Positions 12,283 to 25,923 of a stretch of 64,000 nucleotides of DNA are shown one piece after another. The notes beneath the pieces were generated by a model. It was not told where the DNA came from. It made no database searches and saw only the letters and a program-made list of their open reading frames with translations. The first letter of the stretch is position 1. The number at the start of each line of letters is the position of its first letter. Origin of the DNA: Eledone cirrhosa (lineage: Eukaryota); the NCBI GenBank assembly GCA_964016885.1, contig OZ024754.1, forward strand, positions 44,020,001-44,084,000, written 5' to 3'. The position numbers and the translations under genes are program-made.

Positions 12283-12473
12283 TAATTGTTTCTACTTTTG
12301 GCACAAGGCCAGCAATTATTGCAGTGTATTACTGGTACTTTATTTTATCGACCCCGTAAGGATGAAAGGCAAAGTTAACCTTGGCGGGATTTGAACTCAG
12401 ACCATAAAGGGCCGAAACTCTTTGCTGCAAAGCATGGCGTCTGACCCTCTACCGATACTGCCAATTCACCGCC
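12283..12473 (-). mobile_element. Full-length SINE; further copies at ~24239-24420 -, 48165-48315 +, 50285-50437 +, 53250-53435 -, 58230-58405 -
   Basis: Reverse complement of the 9181 element. Confidence 0.85.
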
Positions 12474-14169
12474 AAAACAAATATATATAATGGATGACTG
12501 TTCATTAGTATTTAATTAGCTGTGTTTCATTAAACTAAATTACTAGCTCGTCTTCACCTTGGAATTCACAGCAACATAATTGTTTTAATAATTCATTTGC
12601 TAATCTACTCAGTTTTGTTTCAAGGAAAACACACATATATATACGTACATACATTATATATACATAGACACACGCACACACACACACATATATAATGATT
12701 TTAAAAAAACAGCAAAAAGTGCAGGCATTCTTTCAATTATCTAATTGAGGGTTATTTTTGTAAATTATTATTCTACATTGCCAAACAAACAAACAACTTT
12801 CTATGTGTGTGTATATATGTATGTGTATGTATGTGTACTGTATGTGTGTGTGTATATATGTGTGTATGTATGTGTACTGTATGTGTGTGTATATATGTAT
12901 GTGGACTGTATGTGTTTAAATGTGGACTGCATGTGTGTGTATGTATGTGGACTGTATGTGTTTAAATGTGGACTGTATGTGTGTATATATGTGGACTATG
13001 TGTGTATATATCTGTGTGTGTACTGTGTATATATGTGTGGGTACTGTATGTGTGTATATATGTGGACTATGTGTGTATATATCTGTGTGTGTACTGTGTA
13101 TATATGTGTGGTACTGTATGTGTGTATATATGTGTGTGGGTACTGTATGTGTGTGTATATTTTAGCAATTATTTGTCTCTCTTGGCAATACATTGACTTC
13201 TGTGAACTATTCCACAGTGAACTATTTCCAAAGAATTAGTCTCTTCCAATTTGCCAAAGAATATTCTATGTAGAAATTACTTCAACTTTCTTTACCGCTA
13301 TCAAATACATTGAACTTTATGTTTCAATTAGTTTTGAATTTGGAGGAATTTAATGAAAAAATTAAATCTCTCATTTTTAACCCTTTAGCATATTCGGCCA
13401 GAATTCTTTCACCCCTTTCTCTTAAAACCTGCTGTAACCGGTCACTCATACTGATGTTAAGGTATTGTTCTCAAAATAGATAATATCAAAATCTCATAGA
13501 TTCAATATTATGTGAGATTAAGTGTTTACCATGAAAATACAATAGTAAATATAGAGTAATGTAAATGCTAAAGTGTTAAGCTGTTGTTTGGAACATAACT
13601 TAACAAAGGTTCTTACATAAAATTATGATGAAAGATTTTTAGATAGATATAAACACTTTAAAATAAACGGCTTAGTATTGTAGAACTAGGCATTGCTTCA
13701 GGCAGTTTGGTATCAAAATAGTTAAGGAGTACCAAATACATTTCAATATATCCTGACCCCACCCCATTTTACACTCGGTTTATACAGGAATTTATGTGAT
13801 AACTTCTCATATTTTTGTTTTGTTTATCAACACAGATTGTTCTTTATTTTCTCCAGCAGTAGTTCTTGTTTTATCAATTTCTTATCTGGAAATCATTTTA
13901 TTTTAAAATGTGTGTTGCTTGAATTGTTGGCGTTCTTCTAGCAAACCCCCACCACCAGGACCACATCCTTACTCACTGCTACTGGGATGGAGTTGATTAC
14001 TTGCTTGTGCAAGCCATGCAAGGTGGACTACTTGTTCCAATGTGTCTCTCTTGCCATTCTCCAGGAAATGTCTTTTCTGACCATGAGATAGACTAATATA
14101 AATCTCTCTCTCACTCTCACAGTAAACACTTATAAAATTAAAGTATTAATATATCTGTTCAATATCACA

Positions 14170-14517
14170 TTCTGGTGTGATGACAAAAAACACCCAGTCC
14201 ACACTGTAAAGGGGTCGTGTAGGTGTCATGGCAAAAAGCACCCAGTCCTCACTGTAAAAGGGTTGTGTAGGTGTCATGGCAAAAAGCACCCAGTCTAATC
14301 TGTAAAGGGGTCGTGTAGGTGTGATGACAAAAAGCACCCAGTCTAATCTGTAAATGTGGTTGGCATTAGGAAGGGCTTCCAGCCATAGAAACCAAGCCAA
14401 AATCAGTTCTGTATGAACAAGATATGGTCGTCTGATCTGGCTTGTCTTATAACAGGACAACTCGGGAAACCCATGCTAGCATGGTGAAATGGACATTAAA
14501 TGATGATGATGATGATG
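14170..14517 (+). mobile_element. RTE 3' UTR fragment with about 4 UTR repeats and (GAT)n tail
   Basis: Same UTR motifs as 39060-39326. Confidence 0.75.
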
Positions 14518-14719
14518 TAACCAGATTATCAAAATTATTTGAAAACCATAGGCAGAGTCTTTCATTGGAAATATAGTTAAGGGTATCTAAGACTTTATTA
14601 GCTAATGTGTCTTTTCTGAGTTTTAAGACTATGGAGTGTTATCTGAGTGATTTTAGCTGTTATTTTTAGTAAACCAAATGATTGCATAGAGACTCCCTCA
14701 TTAACTCATGTAAAACATC

Positions 14720-15135
14720 TTCATCATCATCAACTTGCTTGCATGAGTTAGATGGATCTTTTCCAGCACAGCTTCCCTCCATATGTTGACTACCTTTGGC
14801 AGGTTCAGTGTTTTGAGATCTGCTCTCACCACCTCTGTTCAGATCTTCCTCGGTCTTCCTCTACTGCAGCTGCAATTCATTGGTAATTCCTTGCACTTTG
14901 TCACCCAAGAATCATCCTTTATATGTATCATATGTCGATACCAGTACAGTCTTCTTCTCTCTTGCACACTACATTTGATTTCTCTTATACCCAGTTTCTC
15001 TCTCAGTTAATCCATGCTTCATTCCTACAGAGTAATGTGAATTATCCATCAAAGCATGCTTGAATCATTTCTCTCCATCCATTGCATCTCTACTATATTT
15101 ACTGCCAATCTTTCATTCCCCTGTGACATTATACT
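14720..15135 (-). mobile_element. Old RTE 3' coding fragment, antisense
   Basis: Reverse complement resembles 38666-38930; CATCATCAT tail near 14722. Confidence 0.55.
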
Positions 15136-16204
15136 CTGTAGATGTTAGAAATTGGGGTGAATCATTTCCACACAAAGGAATATTTTTAACTTTACTTGTA
15201 TCATAAACTGAAGAATGTCAATTCTTTTTTAGAGCTTTCCATTGATATTTAGACTACAAAAGTCAGTCTTACTCAGTGGGAAATGAGGTCATATTTTATT
15301 GGACTACAATAAAGTCTTTGTATCTTGAACAGGAGATAACATTCAGTGTCAGGTAACAGTTTATAGGGGTTATGAAATGACATTTTAGGTTTTGGTTGGA
15401 TTTTTTTAAATTTTTAATATTTTTATTTTTATTTGGACTTTGGTGGGGATAATGGCAATGGCATTTGTGATTACCACCCTCATTGGTGTTGCTGTCATTT
15501 AAGGATATATCTGTAGCTAAAATATCAAATATTTCAGAAGTCACTGCAAGTTGCTACTGAATACAGCAACAACATATATAAGTTGCTTCTATGAGGGAGC
15601 TTCAAAATGTTCATGAAAAAGGACGGTTGGAAAAAAGGGTTTAAGTTATGATGTTTATTTTTCAACATATGCTCCATCTAGGTCAATATATTTCTGCAAG
15701 CGTTGATATCAACCTTTAAGTTCATCTGTGTAAAACTGAGAGAACAATACCTTATCATCAGTATGAGTGATTGGTTATAGCTGGTTTGAACAGAAAGCTG
15801 AGAGAATTCTGGCTAGATACGGCTGGTTTAAATGCTAAAGGGTTAAAGGAGCACTTTAAAATGAGTGGTTTAGTCTCTTAGAAAGAGGGACGGTTTTAGT
15901 GTAGTTAGTATCAAAAGGGTTAAAGTTGTGGATGGAAAAGTTGAGTATTGCAAGGTAGATTGTGATAGTTGCATTCTTTATAAACTTTATTCAAATTTTG
16001 TCAGGGGTTAACTTTGCTGTTTCTCCTTCCATGAGTTAAGTACTTGAGTCATCCCAAATTATATAGCTAGTAATCTGTTAGTAACCAGTATGTGTCTGTG
16101 TGTGTGTATGTGTATCAATACAGATGTATATATGTATGTGTGTGTGTGTGAGTGTGTGTTTGTGTACATCAGTTTTAATCCAAACATTTTATTACTGCAA
16201 TGTC

Positions 16205-16404
16205 NNNNNNNNNNNNNNNNNNNNNNNNNNNNNNNNNNNNNNNNNNNNNNNNNNNNNNNNNNNNNNNNNNNNNNNNNNNNNNNNNNNNNNNNNNNNNNNN
16301 NNNNNNNNNNNNNNNNNNNNNNNNNNNNNNNNNNNNNNNNNNNNNNNNNNNNNNNNNNNNNNNNNNNNNNNNNNNNNNNNNNNNNNNNNNNNNNNNNNNN
16401 NNNN
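16205..16404. other. Assembly gap (200 N)
   Basis: Run of N. Confidence 1.
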
Positions 16405-18212
16405 CTGTCATTACTATGACAACATATTGATACCATAGAGATAGAACTGTCATTACTATGACAACATATTGATACCATAGAGATAGAACTGTCATTACTA
16501 TGACAATATATTGATATCATAGAAGACAGTTAAGAGATAGAACTGTCAGTACTATGACAATATATTGATATCATAGAAGACAGTTAAGAGATAGAACTGT
16601 CAGTACTATGACAATATATTGATATAGAAGACAGTTGAGAGATAGAACTGTCAGTACTATGACAATATATTGATATCATAGAAGACAGTTAAGAGATAGA
16701 ACTGTCAGTACTATGACAATATATTGATATCATAGAAGACAGTTAAGAGATAGAACTGTCAGTACTATGACAATATATTGATATCATAGAAGACAGTTAA
16801 GAGATAGAACTGTCAGTACTATGACAATATATTGATATCATAGAAGACTGTTGAGAGATAGAACTGTCAGTACTATGACAATATATTGATATCATAGAAG
16901 ACAGTTAAGAGATAGAACTGTCAGTACTATGACAATATATTGATATCATAGAAGACTGTTGAGAGATAGAACTGTCAGTACTATGACAATATATTGATAT
17001 CATAGAAGACTGTTGAGAGATAGAACTGTCAGTACTATGACAATATATTGATATCATAGAAGGCAGGTGAGAGATAGAACTGTCAGTACTATGACAATAT
17101 ATTGATATCATAGAAGACAGTTAAGAGATAGAACTGTCAGTACTATGACAATATATTGATATCATAGAAGACTGTTGAGAGATAGAACTGTCAGTACTAT
17201 GACAATATATTGATATCATAGAAGACAGGTGAGAGATAGAACTGTCAGTACTATGACAATATATTGATATCATAGAAGACAGTTAAGAGATAGAACTGTC
17301 AGTACTATGACAATATATTGATATCATAGAAGACAGGTGAGAGATAGAACTGTCAGTACTATGACAATATATTGATATCATAGAAGACTGTTGAGAGATA
17401 GAACTGTCAGTACTATGACAATATATTGATATCATAGAAGACTGTTGAGAGATAGAACTGTCAGTACTATGACAATATATTGATATCATAGAAGACAGGT
17501 GAGAGATAGAACTGTCAGTACTATGACAATATATTGATATCATAGAAGACAGTTAAGAGATAGAACTGTCAGTACTATGACAATATATTGATATCATAGA
17601 AGACAGGTGAGAGATAGAACTGTCAGTACTATGACAATATATTGATATCATAGAAGACTGTTGAGAGATAGAACTGTCAGTACTATGACAATATATTGAT
17701 ATCATAGAAGACTGTTGAGAGATAGAACTGTCAGTACTATGACAATATATTGATATCATAGAAGACAGGTGAGAGATAGAACTGTCAGTACTATGACAAT
17801 ATATTGATATCATAGAAGACAGTTAAGAGATAGAACTGTCAGTACTATGACAATATATTGATATCATAGAAGACAGGTGAGAGATAGAACTGTCAGTACT
17901 ATGACAATATATTGATATCATAGAAGACTGTTGAGAGATAGAACTGTCAGTACTATGACAATATATTGATATCATAGAAGACTGTTGAGAGATAGAACTG
18001 TCAGTACTATGACAATATATTGATATCATAGAAGACAGGTGAGAGATAGAACTGTCAGTACTATGACAATATATTGATATCATAGAAGACAGTTAAGAGA
18101 TAGAACTGTCAGTACTATGACAATATATTGATATCATAGAAGACTGTTGAGAGATAGAACTGTCAGTACTATGACAATATATTGATATCATAGAAGACAG
18201 GTGAGATAGAAC
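16405..18212. repeat. 54-bp minisatellite, ~33 copies, with 270-bp higher-order structure
   Basis: GAGATAGAACTGTCAGTACTATGACAATATATTGATATCATAGAAGAC plus a 6-nt variable site. Confidence 0.92.
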
Positions 18213-18231
18213 TATGCGATATTTTACTCAC

Positions 18232-18264
18232 CAATGATAGAAATTTTCTGGTGTTTGTGTTTTT
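18232..18264 (-). CDS. PTP 33-nt microexon (E)KHKHQKISII
   Basis: T-tract, cag|...|gtgagt, phase 1 to 1. Confidence 0.6.
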
Positions 18265-18669
18265 CTGTAAAAAAAAAGAAGGGAAATGAGTAAAAAAAAA
18301 GCTAATAGATTGGAGGAGGAAAATTCTTGTTTTCATTTAGGAATTTATGACTGCCTGGAATGGTCTAGGATCTTTAAAGGATCTTGATATAGTGACTCCC
18401 TAGACTGTTATTAAAGGGTTTTGATATAGTGACTCCCTAGACTATTATTAAAAGGTTGTGATACAGTGACTCTCAAGATTATTATTAAAGGGCCCAGCAA
18501 CTCGCAAGACTGTCATTAAGGGTCTTGATAGAATAGCTGTTATTCAAAGGACTGTTTCACCAGATTCTTTTACCATATGGAATGTTAATCCCGGCTACAA
18601 ATTACCCATAAGCCTCTGCTGTAATATGACTAAAAGACTTCTATTATAGCAACTTCCTATAGTGTCCGA

Positions 18670-19072
18670 CTGTTATCAGCTCCCTAAAGTCTTCTCAAGG
18701 TCAGTACCTTGTTATCAGCTTCTTAAAATCTTCTCAAGGTCAGCCACATGTTATCAGCTCCCTAAAGTCTTCTCAAGGTCAGTACCTTGTTATTAGCTCC
18801 CTAAAGTCTTCTCAAGGTCAGTACCTTGTTATTAGCTCCCTAAAGTCTTCTCAATGTTAGTACCTTGTTATCAGCTTCTTAAAATCTTCTCAAGGTCAGC
18901 CACATGTTATCAGCCCCCTAAAGTCTTCTCAAGGTCAGTACCTTGTTATCAGCTCCCTAAAGTCTTCTCAAGGTCAGTAACTTGTTATCAGCTCCCTAAA
19001 GTCTTCAAGGTCAGCCACATGTTATCAGCCCTAAAGTCTTCTCAAGGTCAGGCCCATGTTATCAGCTCCCTA
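18670..19072. repeat. 39-bp minisatellite, ~10 copies
   Basis: TGTTATCAGCTCCCTAAAGTCTTCTCAAGGTCAGTACCT. Confidence 0.88.
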
Positions 19073-19339
19073 AACTCTATTAAAAGTGTGTATATTGATA
19101 TACACATCAGTGCAGTCAAGTTACCCACTTTTTATTTGTGTTTTCTTGTGGTTGTTTAGGGGATATACACACCTGACAAGGACCCTAAATTGATTAAAGG
19201 TGTTTAGCATTTTTTTTCTCCTAATTTACAGGGAAATTCACATTTTCTGGCATGTTTACATGTCTACATATTAGATGTGTGTAAATATATATACACATTG
19301 CTGCAGTCTCAGTTACACACACTGTGTGTGTGTGTGTGA

Positions 19340-21600
19340 ATATAAACAGCAATGTTGCATGGTAGTGAGACCTGGGCACTGTGCACAAGACTTGCACAGA
19401 TTGGAAAGGAATGAAGCTTGCATCCTTTGATGGATGTGTAATAGTAATATATGTGAACGGCAAAGCATAAATGTACTGAGAGAGAAACTAGGCATAAGAG
19501 GGATCAAATGCAGTGTGTAGAAGAGGAGATTGCGTTGGTATGGACATGTGATGTGTGTGAAGGATGACAGCTGTATGAAATGGTGCAGAGCGCTCAGAGT
19601 TGATGGAAGCCATGAAGTGGGGAGACCCAAGATGACATTGGACGGAGGTGATAAAAGCTGACCTTGCCCAATTTCACCTCTCAAAGGTGATGACACAGGA
19701 CCGACATCTCTGGTGTTACGCAGTATTACAGAAGACCAGACATCCCACAGGTACAGGCCAAGACTGGAGCATATAAATAATATGTACCACCCACCCCACC
19801 TCCCATGAGGAGAGGTCAAAGTATACATCCTTTGAAGCACCCAGTCCACACTGTAAAGTGGTCATGTAGGTGTCACGACAAAAAGCACCCAGTCCACACT
19901 GTAAAGTGGTCATGTAGGTGTCACAAAAAAAAGCGCCCAGTCCACACTGTAAAGTGGTCATGTAGGTGTCACGACAAAGCCCCCAGTCCACACTGTAAAG
20001 TGGTCGCATAAGTGTCACAACAAAATGCACCCAGTCTACACTGTAAAGTGGTCATGTAGGTGTCACGACAAAAAGTACCCAGTCCACACTGTAAAGTGGT
20101 CATGTAGGTGTCACAACAAAAAGCGCCCAGTCCACACTGTAAAGTGGTCATGTAGGTGTCACGACAAAAAGTACCCAGTCCACACTGCAAAGTGGTCATG
20201 TAGGTGTCACAACAAAAAGCGCCCAGTCCACACTGTAAAGTGGTCATATAGGTGTCACGACAAAGCCCCCAGTCCACACTGTAAAGTGGTCGCATAAGTG
20301 TCACAACAAAATGCACCCAGTCTACACTGTAAAGTGGTCATGTAGGTGTCACGACAAAAAGTACCCAGTCCACACTGTAAAGTGGTCATGTAGGTGTCAC
20401 GACAAAAAGCCCCCAGTCCACACTGTAAAGTGGTCGCATAAGTGTCACAACAAAATGCACCCAGTCCACACTGTAAAGTGGTCATGTAGGTGTCACGACA
20501 AAAAGCACCCAGTCCACACTGTAAAGTGGTCATGTAGGTGTCACAACAAAAAGCGCCCAGTCCACACTGTAAAGTGGTCGCATAAGTGTCACAACAAAAA
20601 GCCCCCAGTCCACACTGTACAGTGGTCATGTAGGTGCCACGACAAAAAGCACCCAGTCCACACTGTAAAGTGGTCATGTAGGTGCCACGACAAAAAGCAC
20701 CCAGTCCACACTGTAAAGTGGTCATGTAGGTGCCACGACAAAAAGTACCCAGTTCACACTGTAAAGTGGTCGTGTAGGTGTCACGACAAAAAGCATCCAG
20801 CACACACTGTAAATGTGATCATGTAGGTACCACGACAAAAAGTACCCAGTTCACACTGTAAAGTGGTCATGTAGGTGCCATGACAAAAAGTATCCAGTCC
20901 ACACTGTAAAGTGGTTGCGTAGGTGACAACAAAAAGCATCCAGTCCACACTATAAAGTGGTCGCATAGGTGACAACAAAAAGCCCCCCGTCGTAGGTGTC
21001 ACGACAAAAAGCCCCGTCCACACTGTAAAGTGGTGTCGTAGGTGTCACGACAAAAAGCCCCGTCCACACTGTAAAGTGGTCGCGTAGGTGTCACGACAAA
21101 AAGCCCCCCGTCCACACTGTAAAGTGGTCGTGTAGGTGACACAACAAAAAGCCTCCAGTCCACACTGTAAAGTGGTCGCATAGGTGTCACAACAAAAAGC
21201 ATCCAGTCCACACTGTAAAGTGGTCGCGTAGGTGACACAACAAAAAGCCCCCAGTCGTAGGTGACACAACAAAAAGCCTCCAGTCCACACTGTAAAGTGG
21301 TCACGTAGGTGACACAACAAAAAGCCTCCAGTCCACACTGTAAAGTGGTCACGTAGCTGATACAACAAAAAGCCCCCAGTCCACACTGTAAAGCGGTCAC
21401 GTAGGTGACACAACAAAAAGCCTCCAGTACTCATTGTGAATGAGGTTGGCACTAGGAAGGACATCAAGGAGTAGCAATGTGGCCAGAAACAGTTCTGTAT
21501 GAGAGGGGGGATACGGTCACCTGACCTGGTATTGTTCACAACAGGACAACTCGTGTAACCCATGCCAGTGTGGAAAAATGGTCGTTAAATGGAGATGATG
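19340..21600 (+). mobile_element. Degenerate copy of the same RTE 3' end, with its UTR expanded into a ~45-bp minisatellite (19836-21430)
   Basis: 19410-19800 aligns with 38675-39050; the UTR resumes after the array and ends in GATGATG. Confidence 0.85.
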
Positions 21601-22054
21601 ACATACATACAGATATAACTTTAACATACACTTCGGCTGCTTAGCACCCCCTCTCTCTCATATATACACACACACACATTAGGTTAAGTTGAAAAGTTCA
21701 TAGGCTGACCAAGATACTCTCATGGAATGACCAAATGAGGTTTATTTATCAACATAGTCCCTGGAAAGAATCAATGCAGTTATTAATAAGAATTGAAAAT
21801 AATACATTCAAGATTTCACATTCCTAGCATCACTCTTTCATCGGAAAGCCTATGAATTTTTCAGCCGACCCTATTATATATATATATATACATATATATA
21901 TATAATGAAACTATTGTGTACAGTGCTCAGGTGCACTACAACTGATCAAAGGTGCATGTATAGTACATAGAATAATGTACAAATGTCAGGAAAGTGAACA
22001 GTGTATGTGTCATGATATACACACAGATACATGGATGCATGTGTATAGAGAGGG

Positions 22055-22097
<43 letters not shown>

Positions 22098-22456
22098 GTG
22101 TTGTTTCCTTGAGCAAGACACTTTATTTCACATTGCTCCAGTTTCAGGTCCCTATCATTCCACTGCAAAGTGGTCGTGGAGGCACCACGGCAAAAAAAAA
22201 AAAAATCACCCAGCACTCACTGTAAATGAGGTTGGTGTTAGGAAGGGCATCCAGCTGTAGAAAGCAAGCCAGAATCAGTTCCCGTCCCACCCTTGCAAGC
22301 AGGGAAAAAGCGGACATAAAATGAAATGATGAATGAAATGATGATGATTCTTCTTTGCCCACTTATTCCTGAGAGGGTCATGGTGGCAGAGTCCTCAAAC
22401 ATCTGTGTTGGAACATTTCAGATTTGAAATAATGTAAAATGTCTCAAGAGGCTTAC

Positions 22457-22484
22457 CAGTATTGGGACTATTCTTTATATGTAA
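22457..22484 (-). CDS. PTP 28-nt microexon LHIKNSPNT
   Basis: Strong pyrimidine tract, cag|...|gtaagc, phase 0 to 1. Confidence 0.65.
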
Positions 22485-23012
22485 CTGAAAGAAAAAGAGA
22501 GAAACATCAGTGACAAATATTTTTAAAATCTTGGTTAATGTATCTTCCAAATCCTCAGGAATGGATAATAACATTCTTATATTAAGGTGTTTAAAAACTG
22601 TTAAGTCATTCTTACATTAAAGTGATGTTTAAAAACTTAAGTCATTCTTACAGTAAGACACATGGGCCCAGGTCTGAGAGGGTGAAATTAGACACATGGG
22701 CTCATATAGTGGATGCTACATGGTAGTGAATGTAGAGGATGCTACATGGTAGTGAATGTAGAGGATGCTACATGGTAGTGAGGTATCATCAGTGAATGAA
22801 GAGGATGCTATATGGGATAATGTAGATTTTAGAATATTTTTGTGTTGCTATATAGAGATGTTGATATATTTGTATGTTTATGTAATACTGTATGTCTGTA
22901 TATTTGTGTATATGCATGTGTGAATGTCTGTATGTATGTGCATATTTATGTATATGTGTGTGTGCATGTATGTATGCGTGTTTGTGTGTAAAAATCTTAA
23001 ACAATATCTTAC

Positions 23013-23077
23013 CATTTCCAACACCTTTCCTAATTTTCCTGTATGTTTTTCTTCCTTTGTTTTCTCAAAAGGTTCCA
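23013..23077 (-). CDS. PTP exon (M)EPFEKTKEEKHTGKLGKVLEM
   Basis: 65 nt, cag|...|gtaaga, phase 1 to 0. Confidence 0.7.
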
Positions 23078-23100
23078 CTGGAAATATTAGAAACATTAAA

Positions 23101-23315
23101 TATGATAAAATGGGAGGTAACATGATAAAATGGGAGGTAACAGATGATAAAATGGGAGGTAACATGATAAAATGGGAGGTAACAGATGATAAAATGGGAG
23201 GTAACATGATAAAATGGGAGGTAACATGATAAAATGGGAGGTAACATATGATAAAATGGGAGGTAACAGATGACAAAGTGGGAGGTAACAGATGACAAAG
23301 TGGGAGGTAACAGAT
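23101..23315. repeat. ~20-22-bp minisatellite
   Basis: ATGATAAAATGGGAGGTAAC(AG). Confidence 0.85.
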
Positions 23316-24127
23316 AGTTAAAGTGGAAAGTAGCAGATTATATTTAACCCTTTATCATTTAAACCAGCCACATCCGGCCAGAATTCTCTCACCTCTGTTT
23401 GGTCGAACTGGCCGTAACTGGCCTATCATACTGTTGTTAATATTTTGTTCTGAAAATAAATAATATCAAAATCTTATAGATTCGATATTATGCAAGACAA
23501 TTATATGAGGTAAAGCCTTTACCATGAAAATACAGTAGTATATCTAGAGTAATGTAAATGGTAAAGGGTTAAAGTGAGAGATAGCATTAGATTATATTTC
23601 TACAGAGTAGCAAGAGGGAACGTTTCCAGTGGAATGAGATATCATTTAGTCCCAGATTGGGAATATATTCTAAAGTCTTGAGCTCATTTCTGGCAGTAGG
23701 TATAGTGGAGCAGAACATCATAGATTTAAAACCCAGCTCTGAGACTGATCTGGGAGTAAAGAGGAATCAGTTGAACCAGTTTTTAGCTGCCAGTATAGCA
23801 GAGTAGCTCTCTCTCTCTTCTCTTCTTACAGAAATCTGCTGTGTTCAGACCTGGAGAGGGGTGGGCTCTGCTAGGTTTAAAAAATGTCCTAGAAACACTA
23901 TATGACAGTCATGCAACTCCAGCAGGAGTTATGAGTTAAAAGAGAGAAAAAGATAGCAAAGTAAAAGACATTCAAATGGAATCCAATCAGCTTTATCACA
24001 ATTGGCTTCCTCAGAAAGAAATACATTTGGTATGACATCATAACCCATTCTAGCGTGGAAGATAGATGTTAAACGATGATGATGATGATCACAAGATTTA
24101 GAACAATGGAAGAAACAGAGAACTTAC

Positions 24128-24176
24128 TATCACTTTTGTATTTCCGTGGAGGGAGGTTGGGTGTAAAGCCAATTTC
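24128..24176 (-). CDS. PTP exon EIGFTPNLPPRKYKSD
   Basis: 49 nt, tag|...|gtaagt, phase 0 to 1; PxxPxR motif. Confidence 0.75.
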
Positions 24177-24697
24177 CTAAACAAAAAGATTTCCAGTGGT
24201 AATTATAATGATAAGTGAAATGGTGAGGTAATTATAATAATTGTTTCTACTTTTGGCACAAGGCCAGCAATTATTCAGTGAATTACTGGTACTTTATTTT
24301 ATTGACTCCGTGAGGAAAAGTTAACCTGGGCGGGATTTGAACTCAGAATGTCAAGGGCCATAATTCTAAGCGTCAAAGAATGGCGTCCAACCCTCTGCCA
24401 ATTCTGCCAATCCACCGTCCATGGTGAGGTAATTATAATAACAAATGCAATGGTGAGGTGATTATAATAATTATTTCTACTTTTGGCACAAGGCCAGCAA
24501 TTTGAAGTGAAGAGTCAATTAAATCAACCCCAGTGCAGTTCTGGTACTTTATTTTATCGACACCCTTAAGTTAAAAGTAAAGTTAACCCTGTACAGAAAT
24601 CGAACCCACAGCTATATAAATATCATCCCCAACACCCTAACCACTAAGCCATGTATGTACCTTCATTGTTAAACCACAAAAACAAATCTTTTCTTAC

Positions 24698-24720
24698 CGT
24701 ATCTCCAAAGTCAAGGGAAG
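24698..24720 (-). CDS. PTP 23-nt microexon (A)SLDFGDT
   Basis: cag|...|gtaaga, phase 1 to 0, consistent with neighbours. Confidence 0.7.
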
Positions 24721-25923
24721 CTGAAAGAAGTAAAAAAAAGCAAAGATAAATAAATAAATTTTATATTTAAATCTAATATCAAACAAAAAAAATGTGATAT
24801 GAGAATTAATTTTAAAGACAATTTTAGAATATTTCTTGGTTGTTATCTTCCTGGTTATTTGTGACCATATTTAAGTGAGTCAAAATGGGGTGAGGAGGTG
24901 AAATGTGTGACGTCTGGGTCCTGACGCCTGAACTAGTACCCTCCACCTCCAACTAACTTGCCCTAACAATATGATTGAGATAGGAAATGAATTGTGTGAA
25001 GTTATCTCCCTTGCATAAGAAATAAAAACAATAGAAATGTAGCTACACACACATATATACACACACATACATACATGCATACATACATACACACAGATAC
25101 ATATATACACATACATACATACAAACACAGATACATACATACATACATACAAACAGATACATACATACACATATAGAAACAAGTCCAGTAAGACAACCTT
25201 TCTAGTGCTGGTGGCATGAATAAAAGCACCCAGTCCATGCTGTAAAGTGGGGCTGGTGATAGGAAGGGCATCCAACCAGTATATTATTAATGCCAAATTA
25301 TGAGCACAAAATACAAATATTATATTATAGATACATAGATAATACTTATCTCAGTTTTTGTCATCATACTGTTTGTATCATAGCAACAATAAACAGGTGA
25401 TGTAGGGAGAAACTGGGGTATATAGAAGGGTAAGTCACTTATCTGGGATGGCACATGTCACATAGAATGGTACCTGTTGTGACAGGGAATGATACATGTG
25501 ACATAGAATGGTGCAATTTAGAATAGGTACACCATATCCTAGGGTGTATCTAGTTTACAATAGGTACACCATATCCTAGGGTGTGTAGGAATACAGTAGC
25601 TAGCGTATTCCTCCATTGTAAGAAGCAACTGAAAGCACTGAAGTAAGGAAGAGCATCTGGCCGTAAAACATTACTTTAAAATGTTCTATCCAGCCGATGA
25701 TAGCCTGAAAAAGTCAACATAAAATGATGATGAATGCCTTTGTTCAGATGGGCAAATGAAAAAAAAAAATGAAAAAACAAAAAATGAAAAAACAAAAAAT
25801 GAAAAAACAAAAAATGAAAAAAAAAAAAAAAAGAAAAAAATAAGAAAGGAAGCAGGCTGTCAATGAAATATTATTGTAATCATTATCATCATCATTGTTT
25901 AATGTTTATTAACACTAACTTAC

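Noticed and set aside
13995-14095. KTFPGEW as a CTH-like terminal exon
   Set aside because: Lacks KPKGPR, and the nearest acceptor gives the wrong phase.
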